From positions 89,621 through 153,620 of the forward strand of contig CAVYSP010000004.1 of NCBI GenBank assembly GCA_963771235.1: a stretch of DNA of 64,000 nt, read 5' to 3'. The translations under genes were made by a program, and so were the position numbers. The DNA is from an uncultured Gammaproteobacteria bacterium. Its GTDB lineage: Bacteria > Pseudomonadota > Gammaproteobacteria > Xanthomonadales > Rhodanobacteraceae. Below, in pieces: positions 51,552 to 63,500 of the stretch (the first letter of the stretch is position 1; every line of letters starts with the position of its first letter). Below the pieces are notes generated by a model. It saw nothing but the letters and a program-made list of their open reading frames with translations, ran no database searches and was not told the origin of the DNA.

Positions 51552-52180
51552 TGACCCGACCCCACGTCAGCTTTTTCCACGCGCCGCAGAGCCGTTCCGC
51601 GGGCACCCGCGCCCTGCTCGAAGAGCTGGGCGCCGACTATGAGCTGCATCTGCTCAATCTGAAAGAAGGTCAGCAGCGCCAGCCGGATTACCTGGCGATC
51701 AATCCGATGGGCAAGGTGCCGGCGATTCGCCATGGCGATGCGCTGGTCACCGAGCAGCCGGCGATCTTCATCTACCTCGCCGATCTGTATCCGCAGGCCG
51801 GGCTGGCGCCGCCGATCGGCGATCCGCTGCGCGGGTCATACCTGCGCTGGCTGGTGTTCTACGGCTCCTGCTTCGAGCCGGCGGTGATCGACAAGTCGAT
51901 GCAGCGCGAGCCGGCACCGCCATCGACCAACAGTTATGGCGATTACGACACCATGCTGAAAACGCTGGTCGACCAGCTCGAGCGCGGTCCGTACCTGCTG
52001 GGCGAGCGCTTCAGCGCGGCGGACGTGTTGTGGGGCACGGCGTTGAACTGGACCACGATGTTCAAGCTGGTGCCGGAGCTGCCGGTGATCCGCGCCTATA
52101 TCGACCGCGTGCTGGCGCGGCCGGCGCTGCAGCGCGCCGCCGCGCTGGACGCCGAGCTGGTGGCGGCGCAGGGCGCGTGA
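51551..52180 (+). CDS. Glutathione S-transferase family protein
   Basis: INPMGKVPAI, TEQPAIFIYLAD, YLLGERFSAADV. Confidence 0.93.
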   Translation: MTRPHVSFFHAPQSRSAGTRALLEELGADYELHLLNLKEGQQRQPDYLAINPMGKVPAIRHGDALVTEQPAIFIYLADLYPQAGLAPPIGDPLRGSYLRWLVFYGSCFEPAVIDKSMQREPAPPSTNSYGDYDTMLKTLVDQLERGPYLLGERFSAADVLWGTALNWTTMFKLVPELPVIRAYIDRVLARPALQRAAALDAELVAAQGA

Positions 52181-52240
52181 TGCGATGAGCCGTGACGTTC
52201 GACGCTGTTCGCGGCGATCGTTCCCGGCGATGATGCGCGG

Positions 52241-52945
52241 ATGCGTCGAGCGGACCGGCTTTTTCTCATCATCCATGCCTTGCGCGGTCGGCGTACCGCG
52301 CTGCAGGCGCGCTCGCTGGCGCAGACGCTCGGGGTGTCGTTGCGCACGGTCTATCGCGATGTCGCCGACCTGCAATGCTCCGGCGTGCCGATCGAGGGCG
52401 AGGCCGGCGTCGGCTACGTGCTGCGCAAGGGTTCGGACATCCCGCCGCTGATGTTCACCGCCAGCGAACTTGAAGCCCTGGTGGTCGGCTCGCGCTTCGT
52501 GCGCGCGTTCGCCGGTACCCGGCTGGCCGAAAGCGCGCAGGCGGCGCTGTTGAAGATCGAGGCGGTGCTGCCGCCGGAGCTGCGCGAACGGGCCGGCAGC
52601 ACGCGCATCTTCGCCCCGGTCTGGCGCGACCAGCATCGCGAGGATTTCGCCGCCCTGATCGACCAGCTGCATGCGGCGATCGTGGCCAACCAGGTGCTTC
52701 GGCTGGATTATCGCGACGAGGCCGGCGAGTCCAGCACGCGCGAGATCGAGCCGTTGTGCCTGTCGTTCTGGGGCGGCAAGTGGACGCTGGGCGCGTGGTG
52801 CCGATTGCGCGGGGATTTTCGCAACTTCCGCCCCGATCGCATCGACGTCGGTGCACCCACGGGCGAAGTTTTTGCCAATGTCGTCGAGCGCGGCCTGGCC
52901 GCTTATCTTCGCGCCGTGGGCGTGGACAAGCTCGAACTGCGCTGA
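52241..52945 (+). CDS. YafY-family HTH-WYL transcriptional regulator
   Basis: MRRADRLF, VSLRTVYRDV, IEGEAGVGY, REIEPL...WTLGAWCRLRGDFRNFRPDRI. Confidence 0.93.
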   Translation: MRRADRLFLIIHALRGRRTALQARSLAQTLGVSLRTVYRDVADLQCSGVPIEGEAGVGYVLRKGSDIPPLMFTASELEALVVGSRFVRAFAGTRLAESAQAALLKIEAVLPPELRERAGSTRIFAPVWRDQHREDFAALIDQLHAAIVANQVLRLDYRDEAGESSTREIEPLCLSFWGGKWTLGAWCRLRGDFRNFRPDRIDVGAPTGEVFANVVERGLAAYLRAVGVDKLELR

Positions 52946-53062
52946 AAACGGCGTGTTCAAGCGCCTGCCAGCGCAGTACGCTGACCGGGCTCGCCTGGAG
53001 GCGGCAACCCGTCATGCGACGAGGCGTCCCTCCGGGCACGTTCCCCCGGCCAAGGAGCCCGT

Positions 53063-54865
53063 GTGAAGATCACCCCGAGGATCACCCGTCTGACCGTCTT
53101 CATGCTGGCGCTGGGCCTGCTGTCGCTCGCCTCGGCGGCCGGCGCGTCGGCCAGAACCGCCGAGGGCAGCGCGGATGCGCAGTTCAAGCACATCTACACG
53201 ACCGAGTGGGCCTGGCGCACCGGTCATCCCGTCGGGGCCGACGCCTCGGCCACGCCGGACAACGGCCGGCTGGACGATGTCGACGCCGCCAGCCAGCAAC
53301 AGCGACTGGAGTACTGGCAGCGCGTGCTGAACGAGCTCGACCGCATCGACGTGGCCGCGCTGTCGTCGGCCGACCGGGTCAACTTCGAGGTCTATTACGC
53401 GCAGATCGGCAACCTGCTGGCCGACCAGAAATTCAAGACCTGGCAGATGCCGTTCAACAGCGACTCGGCGTTCTGGTCGGACATCGGCTACGAACTGGGT
53501 GGCGATCATCTGCGCAGTGTGGACGACTACCGCAAATACCTCGATCGACTGGACCAGATTCCTGCTTATTTCGACCAGGAGATGGAGAACATGCGGCTCG
53601 GCCTCAAGCGCGGCTTCAGCGTGCCGCGCGAGGTGCTGCAGGGTCGCGACGTGTCGATCGCCGCGGTCGCCGACCTCACGGACCCCACCCAGAGCAGCTT
53701 CTACGCGCCGTTCAAGCAGCTGCCGGCGTCGATCTCCGCCGATCAGGCGCAGGCGCTGCAGGGCCAGGCACTGCAGCGCATTCGTGACGAGGTCATTCCG
53801 GCTTACGCCAAGTTGCTGAAGTTCTTCCGCGATGAATACGTGCCCGAAGCGCGCACCACGCTGGCGGCCGAAGCCCTGCCCGATGGCAAGGCGTTCTACC
53901 GCCAGCAGATTCGTGAATACACCACGCTCGACCTGACGCCCGACCGGATCCACCAGATCGGCCTGGACCAGGTGGCGAAGATCCATGCGCAAATGCTCAA
54001 GGTGATGCGGGACACCGACTTCAAGGGTGACTTCCCGGCCTTCCTGGCCTTCCTGCGCAACGATCCGCAGTTCTACGCCAAGACCCCGCAGGAGCTGCTC
54101 GACAAGAGCGCCTGGGTGGCCAAGGAAGTGGACGGCCAGATGTCCAAATTCTTCGGTCACCTGCCGCGTGCGCGCTTCACCATCGAACCCGTGCCGGCCG
54201 ACATCGCGCCGTATTACACCTCCGGTCGCGGTGGTCCGGACGTCTACCTGGTCAACACTTACGACCTGAAGTCGCGACCGCTGTACAACATGCCGGCACT
54301 GACCCTGCACGAGTCCTATCCGGGCCATGCCCTGCAGCTCGAATTGGCGGCGGAACGGCACGGCCAGCCGGCATTTCGCCGCAACGGCTACATCTCCGCC
54401 TACGGTGAGGGCTGGGGCCTTTACTCCGAGTATCTCGGCAACGAGATGGGCATCTACCACACGCCGTACCAGAAGTTCGGTTTCCTCACCTACCAGATGT
54501 GGCGCGCCTGCCGGCTGGTGGTGGACACCGGCATCCACCACCTGGGCTGGACGCGGCAGCAGGCGATCGATTATCTGACCAGCAACACCGCGTTGTCGGA
54601 CCGCGAGATTGCCAACGAAGTGGATCGCTACATCAGCTGGCCGGGCCAGGCGCTGTCGTACGAACTGGGTTATCTGAAAATCCGCGAGTTGCGTTCGAAG
54701 GCGGAAAAGGCCCTGGGTGCGAAGTTCGATCTGCGTCACTTCCACGACACCGTGCTGTCGACCGGCTCGGTGCCACTGCCGGTGCTGGAACAGCGCGTCG
54801 ATCGCTTCATCGCCGACGGCGGCCCGGAACCGGATTTCGGCTGCGATTGCGCCAAGGCAAAATGA
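53063..54865 (+). CDS. DUF885-family secreted metallopeptidase-like protein
   Basis: Signal peptide, LHESYPGHALQ, AYGEGWGLYSE, RLVVDTGIH, EVDRYISWPGQALSY. Confidence 0.9.
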   Translation: MKITPRITRLTVFMLALGLLSLASAAGASARTAEGSADAQFKHIYTTEWAWRTGHPVGADASATPDNGRLDDVDAASQQQRLEYWQRVLNELDRIDVAALSSADRVNFEVYYAQIGNLLADQKFKTWQMPFNSDSAFWSDIGYELGGDHLRSVDDYRKYLDRLDQIPAYFDQEMENMRLGLKRGFSVPREVLQGRDVSIAAVADLTDPTQSSFYAPFKQLPASISADQAQALQGQALQRIRDEVIPAYAKLLKFFRDEYVPEARTTLAAEALPDGKAFYRQQIREYTTLDLTPDRIHQIGLDQVAKIHAQMLKVMRDTDFKGDFPAFLAFLRNDPQFYAKTPQELLDKSAWVAKEVDGQMSKFFGHLPRARFTIEPVPADIAPYYTSGRGGPDVYLVNTYDLKSRPLYNMPALTLHESYPGHALQLELAAERHGQPAFRRNGYISAYGEGWGLYSEYLGNEMGIYHTPYQKFGFLTYQMWRACRLVVDTGIHHLGWTRQQAIDYLTSNTALSDREIANEVDRYISWPGQALSYELGYLKIRELRSKAEKALGAKFDLRHFHDTVLSTGSVPLPVLEQRVDRFIADGGPEPDFGCDCAKAK

Positions 54866-55060
54866 GGCGGAGTCGAATACCACGTACGCAAGGCCGTGAT
54901 TCCGCCTGGAGCAGCCCGTCGGTGGTCAGGGAATGTTGACGCCTGAACGGATGGGCCATATCCGGTCGGGTCGGATCATCACGGGCGTTCGTGATTGGTT
55001 GGCATTGACTATAAATATGTAGTAAATTGTATCAATACTTCACAGCGGGAGTAGGTTGCC

Positions 55061-55476
55061 ATGAATGCTCACGCCACCCGCGTGGCCGAGGTCTCGCCCC
55101 GTTACCCCACGTCGAGGGAGGCGCTGTCCGCTCCGGCGTTGCGTACGTTCTTCAACATCGCCGAGCAATGGAAGCTGCGCATGGCCGACCAGCGCAAGCT
55201 GCTCGGCGATCCGCCGGAGTCGACGTTCTACAAGTGGAAGCGCGAGCGCGATGGCGGCGCTCGGGCGCGACACGCTGGAGCGGATCAGCTACCTGCTCGG
55301 CATCTGGCAGTCGCTGCAGATCCTGTTTCCCGACCCGGCCCAGGCCGATGCCTGGCTGCACAAGCCGAACACCGCGCCGCTGTTCGGCGGCCACTCCGCG
55401 CTGGAGCGCATGTTGTCGGGCAACGTCGCCGACCTGTATCGTGGTGCGCCAATACCTGGATGCGCAGCGCGGCTGA
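55061..55476 (+). CDS. Xre/MbcA/ParS-type antitoxin; apparent frameshifts near 55260 and 55440
   Basis: ALRTFFNIAEQW HTH, LERISYLLGI, ADAWLHKPN..PLFGG, VRQYLDAQRG; upstream of RES gene. Confidence 0.85.
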
Positions 55477-55592
55477 GCCAGGGATCGCTGAGCCAGCGAT
55501 GCTGCATGAAGGGTCGCGGCACGCGAGACGGGCGTACCGGATGCTGGCGGTCTCCGCGATCCGCAGCGGCCAGTCGTTCTCATGGAATCCCG

Positions 55593-56283
55593 ATGTCCGC
55601 CGATCTCCCGCCGCTCAAACGCATCCGCTGGAACCACGCGTACCGGATCGTGCCCAGCCGCTTTCCCGCCGATCGGCGTGTACGACCGCATCGCCGATCC
55701 GGCCGATCTCGATGCGGTGTTCGCGATCGAGGCCATGACCAACCCGCGCCTGCGCGAGGAAGCCGGTGCGTTGCAGCAGGTGCCGCAGGAGCATCGCATC
55801 AGCGGGCCAGGCTCGACCCCGGTGATGGCCGCGTTCACCCATCTCAATCCCGAAGGCAGCCGCTTTTCCGATGGCAGCTGGGGCGTGTTCTACGCCGCGC
55901 ACAGCGTGGCCACCGCGGTGGAGGAAACCGTGTACCACCGCGAGCGATTCCTCGCCGCCACGCCGAGCCGGCCTGCGACATCCAGATGCGCTGCTACCGC
56001 ACCAGCGTCGACAGCCGGCTGCACGACATCCGTGGCGGCTGGCCGGCGGCGCACGATCCGGACAGCTATGCCGCCAGCGTCGCGCTGGCGCGCGAACTGC
56101 GCGCCGCCGGATCCAATGGCATCGTCTACGACAGCGCGCGGCATCGTGGCGGCGAATGCCTGGCCGCGTTCAATCCCGACGTGGTGGCGCCGTGCATGCA
56201 GGCGCAACACCTGGTCTATCGCTGGGACGGCAGGCGCATCGTCGCAGGTGCTGGAGGTGTCGGAGCTGGCGCGACCGGGTTAG
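55593..56283 (+). CDS. RES-domain toxin (NAD+ phosphorylase/mART family); apparent frameshifts
   Basis: YRIVPSRFP (R), GSRFSDGSWGVFYAA, AVEETVYH (E), GIVYDSARH (S). Confidence 0.87.
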
Positions 56284-56319
56284 GCTGGCCGGCACGACGG
56301 CTTTGCTTGGAGACCATTG

Positions 56320-56998
56320 ATGAAGAGAGTCCTGTTTCTCCTGTTGCTCGTCACCCTGCCATCGCTGGCATGGGGCCGCGACAACCACGAGAACAACCAC
56401 GCCCAGTGGGACGCGGAGATCGCCGCGTTTCAGGCGCAAGACCAGGCGCACCCGCCCGTCCGGGGCGCGGTGCTGTTCATCGGCAGTTCGTCGATCCGCT
56501 TCTGGAAGACGCTGGCCCGCGATTTTCCCGAGGTGAGAACGCATCAACCGCGGCTTCGGTGGTTCGGAGATCGACGATGCCACCTTTTTCGCCGATCGCA
56601 TCGTGGCCCCGTACCATCCGCGCGCCATCGTGATCTATGCCGGCGACAACGACCTGGCCGATGGTGACAGTCCGGCGCATGTGCGCGACGATTTCGCCGC
56701 GTTCGTGCGCAAGGCGCGTTCGCTTGATCCCGGTGTGCCGATCGCTTTCATCGCGATCAAGCCCAGCGTGGCGCGCAAGGCGCTGCTGCCGCAGATTCGC
56801 GAGGCCAATGCGTTGGTCCGTCAGTACGCGGCCAGCGAGCACGGCGTGACCTGGCTGGATGTGTTGACGCCGATGCTCGGGAAGAACGGGCAGCCGCAGG
56901 CGCAGTGGTTCGTCGGCGACGGCTTGCACATGAACCGCAAGGGTTACGCGCTGTGGGTCAGCATCGTCAGGCCGTGGCTGGATCGGGTGGCGCATTAA
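56320..56998 (+). CDS. Secreted SGNH/GDSL-family hydrolase; frameshift near 56540
   Basis: FIGSSSIR, NRGFGGS (frame-shifted), YAGDND, DGLH. Confidence 0.85.
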
Positions 56999-57032
56999 TC
57001 ACGCGCCCGGGATTGTCAGGCGCCGCGGCGCA

Positions 57033-57928
57033 TCAGGTATCCGCGCCGGTCAGCCCAGCCCACGCGGTCACCGCGGGTGAACACACGGTCGCCGTCCAGC
57101 ACGTCGCCGGCGGCGTGCGCGGGCGACTCGTGCAGCTTCGCGTAGATCGGCGTGAAGTCCGGTCGCGTCGCTTCGAACAGTTGCTCGAAGTTCTCGATCA
57201 CGAAGTAGGTCTGCTGGTAGGTGTCGATGCGGTAGCGGGTGCTCATCACGCGCTCGAGGTCGAAGCCGATGCGGTTCGGCGACGGCGAGTCCAGGGAGTA
57301 GATCGACTCGCCCTTGGAGCTGACGATGCCGGCGCCGTAGATGCGCATGCCCTCGTCGGTGTTCATCAGGCCGAACTCCACCGTGTACCAGTACAGGCGG
57401 GTCAGGTTCATCAGCGCCTCGGGGCCGATCGCGAACGCCTTCATGCCGCCGCGGCCGTAGGCCTGCATGTAGTCGGCGAACACCGGGTTGAGCAGCAGCG
57501 GCACGTGGCCGAACAGGTCGTGGAACAGGTCCGGCTCGCTGAGGTAGTCGAGCTGGTCGGGCTTGCGGATCCACCAGCTGACCGGGAAACGGCGGTTGGC
57601 CAGGTGGTCGAAGAACACCTCGTCCGGCAGCAGGCCTTCCACCGCCACGAGCTCCCAGCCGGTGGCGCGCCTGAGCACCTTGTTGAGCTCGTTGAACTTC
57701 GGGATGCCGCCATCGCCCAGGCCGAAGCGCTCGCACGCCTTCCATGAACTCCTTGCAGGCGCGTCCCGGCAGCAGCTCGCGCTGGCGCTTGAACAAGGTG
57801 TCCCACACCTCGTGGTCGGTCTTGCTGTAGCTGGCCCACGGCTGCTCGACCACGCCGGTGGCGTAGACCGGCACGTAGCCACGATCGGTCTGCTGGTGTT
57901 CGACTTTGCGGGGTGCGGTGTTTTCCAT
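57033..57928 (-). CDS. phhA: Phenylalanine 4-monooxygenase; frameshift near 57740, 3' end inferred
   Basis: LDYLSEPDLFHDLFGHVP, RLYWYTVEFGL, IYGAGIVSS. Confidence 0.95.
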
Positions 57929-57992
57929 GGCTGTACTCCGGCAGCGGCGCGGGCAGTCACAGCTTAGAGCGAATCCATCGCACGAAGGTTGT

Positions 57993-58006
57993 TTTGTTGC
58001 AACAAA
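57993..58006. promoter_or_regulatory. Perfect 14-bp palindrome in divergent phhA/Lrp promoter region
   Basis: TTTGTTGCAACAAA in an AT-rich intergenic region. Confidence 0.45.
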
Positions 58007-58068
58007 TTACCCTTACGATTGCACTATTCTTGCGTCAAATCGTCACAAATCGAAGAGTTTTATTGCGC

Positions 58069-58547
58069 ATGACAACCTCTTGACCGCACCGATCTGCGCA
58101 TGCTTGCCGTGCTGCAGGGCGAAGGCCGCATCAGCAACGCCGAGCTGGCCGAGCGGGTCAGCCTGTCGCCTTCCGCGTGCCTGCGCCGGCTGCAGCGGCT
58201 GGAGTCCGAGCCAGGTCATCACCGGTTACGCGGCGCAGGTCGATCCGCAGGCGGTGGGCCTGGGCCTGCAGGCCTTCGTGCGGGTGCAATTGACCAAGCA
58301 CGAGAACGCGGCGGTCGAGGGCTTCGTCGAACGCGTCAACGGCTGGGACGAGGTCGTCGCCTGCCACGCGCTGACCGGCGACATGGATTACCTGCTGCAT
58401 GTCTATGTCGCCGACCTGCAGGACTTCTCGCGTTTCCTGCTCGATCACCTGTTGAACGCGGGCGGCGTCGCCGATGTCAATTCCAGTTTCGTGCTGCGCA
58501 CGGTGAAGCGCTCGCCGTCGCTGCCGCTGAGCCGGCTGGACGCGTGA
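58069..58547 (+). CDS. Lrp/AsnC-family regulator (likely phhA regulator); apparent frameshifts
   Basis: GRISNAELAERVSLSPSACLRRLQRLE, CHALTGDMDYLL. Confidence 0.9.
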
Positions 58548-58615
58548 GCTGGAGGCAGCTCGTTCAGCCCACGCTTGGCCGCCTGCCGGTCGACTAACGC
58601 TAAACTGACTGACTG

Positions 58616-59425
58616 ATGAGCATCGACATCCACCACCGTTGCCGAACGCGATCTGCTGCGCCCGCTGCGCTACCTGTGGCGGGTGCCGCTGCTGCTGCTG
58701 CACATGCGTGCTGGCGATCCTGCTGGCCGCGCTGGTGCTGAGCTGGAACCAGCGACGGGTGATGAGCAACGGCCGCGAACCGTTCGCGCATCGCGGATGA
58801 TCCGCTGGTGGTCGACCGGGCTGATGCGCATCTTCGGCTTGCGCGCGGTGCGCTTCGGCGCAGCCGCTGCCCGACCCGGTGCTGTTCGTCGCCAACCACA
58901 CCTCGTGGCTCGACATCGAGCTGCTGCACAGCCAGCGCGCCGCCTGTTTCGTGGCCAAGGCGGAGATCGCCCGCTGGCCGCTGGTCGGCTGGCTGGCCGC
59001 CAGCGGGGGCACCATCTTCCATCGCCGCGGCAGCAACCATTCGCTGGCCGCGGTGATGCAGGCGATGGTCGAGCGGCTGCGCGCGGGGCGTTCGGTGGCG
59101 GTGTTTCCCGAAGGCGGCAGCGGCTACAACGGCGTGCTCGCGCGTGTTCCACGCGCGCATCTTCCAGGCCGCGCTGGATGCCGAGGTGCCGGTGCAGCCG
59201 GTGGCGCTGCGCTTTGCGCGCGACGGCCGCCGGGTGATCGACGCCGGCTTCCGCGAGGGCGAAAGTTTCGTGCGGCAATTTCCTGCGCCTGCTGGGCGAG
59301 CCGCCGATGGATGCCGAAGTGCATTTCCTCGCGCCGGTGCCGGCCAGCTCCGGACGGGCGCCGGCGCATGGCCGAGCAGGCGCGCGAGCGCATCGCCGCG
59401 GCGCTGGCAGATCGCGCCGGCATGA
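58616..59425 (+). CDS. Lysophospholipid (PlsC-like) acyltransferase; several apparent frameshifts
   Basis: LFVANHTSWLDI (NHxxxxD), FVAKAEI, VFPEG. Confidence 0.85.
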
Positions 59426-60445
59426 GCCTGCCGCGACGGAAAGGATTTCCGCCCGCCCTGGCCGCTGCGCAGCGGCCACATCCAGACCATGCTGTCCTCC
59501 AGCGGCGTGCGCCGCCTGTTGCTGCCGCGCGCGGCGAAGACCGTGCTGCAGGGTGCCGAGCCGGTGGTGGTCGATGGCGGCGGCGGCGTGCGCCTGACCG
59601 GCGCGTACACCGCGCAGAAGGCCCGGCCGCAGGCGCGCGGCCTGGCCGTGCTGTTCCACGGCTGGGAAGGCAGCGTCGATTCCACCTACGTGCTGCAGAC
59701 CGGCAGCCGCCTGCTCGCCGAAGGCTGGGACATCTTCCGGCTGAATTTCCGCGACCACGGCGACAGCCACGGCCTCAACGAGGCGCTGTTCCATTCCTGC
59801 CGCATCGACGAGGTGGTGCACGCGCTGGGCGACATCGCCGCAGCGCTGGCCGACGCGGCCGATGGCGCTGGCCGGCTTTTCGCTGGGCGGCAACTTCGCC
59901 CTGCGCGCGGCGATGCAGACCTCGCGCGTGGGCATTCCGCTGAGCTACGTGCTGGCGGTGTGCCCGATCATCGATCCCGGCGAGGGCCTGTTCTCGCTGG
60001 AGGAAACCGCGCCGTGGTTCTACCAGGCCTATTTCATGCGCAAGTGGCGCCATTCGCTGCTGGCTCAAGCAGAAGGCGTTTCCGCAGCACCAGTATTTCG
60101 AGATGTCCGAACTGAAGCAGCACCTGCGCGGCCTGACCGAGGCGATGGTGCTGCGGCATACCGACTTCAAGTCGCTGCAGCAGTATCTGGACGGCTATTC
60201 GGTGGCCGGCGACGCGATGCAGGCGATGCAGATTCCGGCCACCATCCTCACCGCGAAGGACGATCCGGTGATCCCGGTCAGCAGCTTCGAGCAGCTGCGA
60301 ACTGCCGCCGAACGTCGAGCTGGACATCGCGCCCTACGGCGGCCATTGCGGTTTCATCCGCGACTGGGGCATGACCAGCTACACCGACGATTACATCGCC
60401 GCGCGCTTCAACGCGGTGGCGGATGCGGCAACGCCAGCGGGCTGA
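59422..60445 (+). CDS. YheT-like alpha/beta hydrolase; several apparent frameshifts
   Basis: GHIQT, FHGWEGS, RLNFRDHG, GFSLGGN, KDDPVIP, GGHCGF across frames. Confidence 0.85.
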
Positions 60446-60522
60446 ATCGCCGCTCGGACGGTGGAGATCCGGTGCCACGGATGCAGCGCGCACCATCACC
60501 CGCAGAGGCGCGAGGCAGCGGC

Positions 60523-63500
60523 ATGAGCGGAGCACCGACGAATCTGATCCTGCGGGCAACCGGACGCTGGCGAGTCGGCTTGTTGTTGGCCTGCTGCTCT
60601 GCCTGCTGTCCTGTTCTGCGGCGGCGGCTACGCCGGATACGGCGTTCTTCCGCTCGTTCGAAGCGGCCGAGCCGGCACCCGCGTCGGCACCCGCTGGCGC
60701 TTCCTTCGGCGTCGAGGCGGCTGGCGGCCCCAGCCAGGCGGCGGCGCTGACCGCCAAGCCCGGCGTCGGCTTCAGCGGCCTGCGCTCGCTGCACTATCGC
60801 GGCAGCGCCGGCGGTCGACAGCAGGCCGAGTTGTTCGCGGTGAACCTGCCGGTGCGCGCGGACACCCGGCTGTCCTACCTGATCTTTCCCGTCTCCAACG
60901 AGGGCGACCTGCGCAATCCCGGCCAACTACGTGGCGGTGGACCTGCTGTTCGACGACGGCAGCCGGCTGTCCACCCGCGGCGCGCGTCGACCAGCATCGC
61001 ATCGGCGCGTCGGCGCATGCGCAGGGCGAAGGCCGCACGCTGTATCCGGACCAGTGGAATTACCTGTCGATCGACGTGGGCGCGGTCGCCGCCGGCCGCA
61101 CGATCAAGCGCATCGTGCTGATGCACGACGGTCCCGGCCGCCAGCTTCGAGGGCTATCTGGACGATCTGCGCATCGGCGCCGCGCCGGTCGATGCGCGCC
61201 AGCGTCCCAGCGATTTCGTCGACACCCGCCGCGGCACCAACTCCAACGGCCGCTTCTCGCGCGGCAACAACTTCCCCGCGGTGGCCGTGCCGCACGGCTT
61301 CAACTTCTGGACGCCGGTGACCGACGCCGGCTCGAACTGGATCTACCAGTACCAGCAGCGCAACGGCGCGGACAACCGCCCGCGGCTGGAGGCGTTCGCG
61401 CTGTCGCACGAGCCGAGCCCGTGGATGGGCGACCGGCAGACCTTCCAGCTGATGCCGGCCGCGGTCGCGCAGCGGCGCGCCCAGCGCGAATCGCGCGGCG
61501 CGCGCGCTGAGCTTCAGCCATGCGAACGAGGCCGCGCACGCGCACACCTATCGCGTCGCGTTCGACAACGGCATCGTCACCGAGATCGCGCCGACCGACC
61601 ACGCCGCGATGTTCCGCTTCACCTTCAAGGGCGACCGCTCGCAGCTGATCTTCGACAACCGCGACGACCACGGCGGCATCACGCTCGATCCGGCCGACGC
61701 GCAGTTTCAGCGGCTGGTCCGACGTGAAGAGCCGGCTGTCCGCCGGCGCCACGCGGCTGTTCTTCTACGGCACGGTCGACCAGCCGGTCAGCGAGAGCGG
61801 CCGGCTCGCCGGCGAAGGCCGCGACCACGTCGCCGCCTGGTTCGGCTTCGACACCACGAAGCAGCAAAGTGGTGAACCTGCGCATCGCCACCTCGCTGAT
61901 CAGCGTGGCGCAGGCGCGGCACAACCTCGCGCTGGAGATCGCGCCGGACGACAGCTTCGACGACGTGCGCGAACGCGCGCAGCGGCAGTGGGACACGCAG
62001 CTCGGCATCGTCAAGGTGAAAGGCGCCAGCGGCGACGAGCTGACCACGCTGTACTCCAACCTGTATCGGCTGTTCCTGTATCCGAACGAGGCGTACGAGA
62101 ACACCGGCAGCGCCGCGCAGCCGCACTGGCAATACGCCAGCCCGTTCTCCGCGCCGACCGGCAAGGACACGCCCACGCACACCGGCGCGCGCGTCGTCGA
62201 CGGCAAGGTGTTCGTCAACAACGGCTTCTGGGACACCTATCGCACCGCGTGGCCGGCCTACGTGCTGCTCACGCCGACCAAGGCCGGCGAGATGATCGAC
62301 GGCTTCGTGCAGCAGTACCGCGACGGCGGCTGGATCGCGCGCTGGTCCTCGCCCGGCTACGCCGACCTGATGGTCGGCACCAGCGCCGACGTGGCGTTCG
62401 CCGATGCGTGGCTGAAGGGCGTGCGCAACTTCGACGTGCGCGCGTTCTATCAGTCCGCGCTGAAGGACGCGACCGTGGTCAGCCCGCTCGCCGGCACCGG
62501 CCGCAAGGGGCTGGAGCGCTCGATCTTCAACGGCTATACCGACACTGGCGTCGACGAAGGGCTGTCGTGGTCGATGGACGGCTATATCAACGACTTCGCG
62601 ATCGGCAATCTCGCCGCCGCGCTGGCCGCAGCAGCCGGCGGACGGCGACCCGTATGCGGCGCACTACGCCGATGACGCAGCGTACTTCCACAGCCGCGCG
62701 CTCGGTTACGTCAACCTGTTCGATCCCGCCGTCGGCTTCTTCGTCGGTCGCGACGCGGCCGGCCACTGGCGCTACGACGCGAAGGATTTCGATCCGCTGC
62801 GCTGGGGCGGCGACTACACCGAGACCGATGCCTGGAACATGGCCTTCCACGCGCCGCAGGATGGCGCCGGGCTGGCCGCGCTGTACGGCGGCCGCGACGG
62901 ACTGGCGGCCAAGCTCGATGCGTTCTTCGCCACGCCAGGCAACTTCCACGTCGGCAGCTACGGCGAGCCGATCCACGAGATGCTGGAGGCGCGCGACGTG
63001 CGCATGGGCCAGTACGGCCACAGCAACCAGCCCTCGCACCACATCATCTACATGTACGACTACGCGGGCCAGCCGTGGAAGACGCAGGACAAGGTGCGCG
63101 ACGTGCTGTCGCCGCCTCTACGTCGGCAGCGAGATCGGCCAGGGCTATCCGGGCGACGAGGACAACGGCGAGATGTCCGCCTGGTATCTGTTCAGCGCCG
63201 CCGGCTTCTATCCGCTGCGCATGGGCACGCCGGACTACGTGATCGGCGCGCCGTACTTCCCGCACATGGACATCGCGCTGGAGAACGGCAGGCACATCGT
63301 GATCGATGCGCCGGCGGTCAGCGACAGCCAACCGCTACGTGCAGAGCCTGCGCGTCAACGGCCAGCCGTGGAACAAGCTGACCCTGCCGCACGCGCTGCT
63401 GGCGCAGGGCGCCACGCTGGAATTCACGATGGGGCCGCAGACCTTCGCGCTGGGCCAGCGACGAAGCGGCGCTGCCGCCGTCGCTGACCGCACACGGCAG

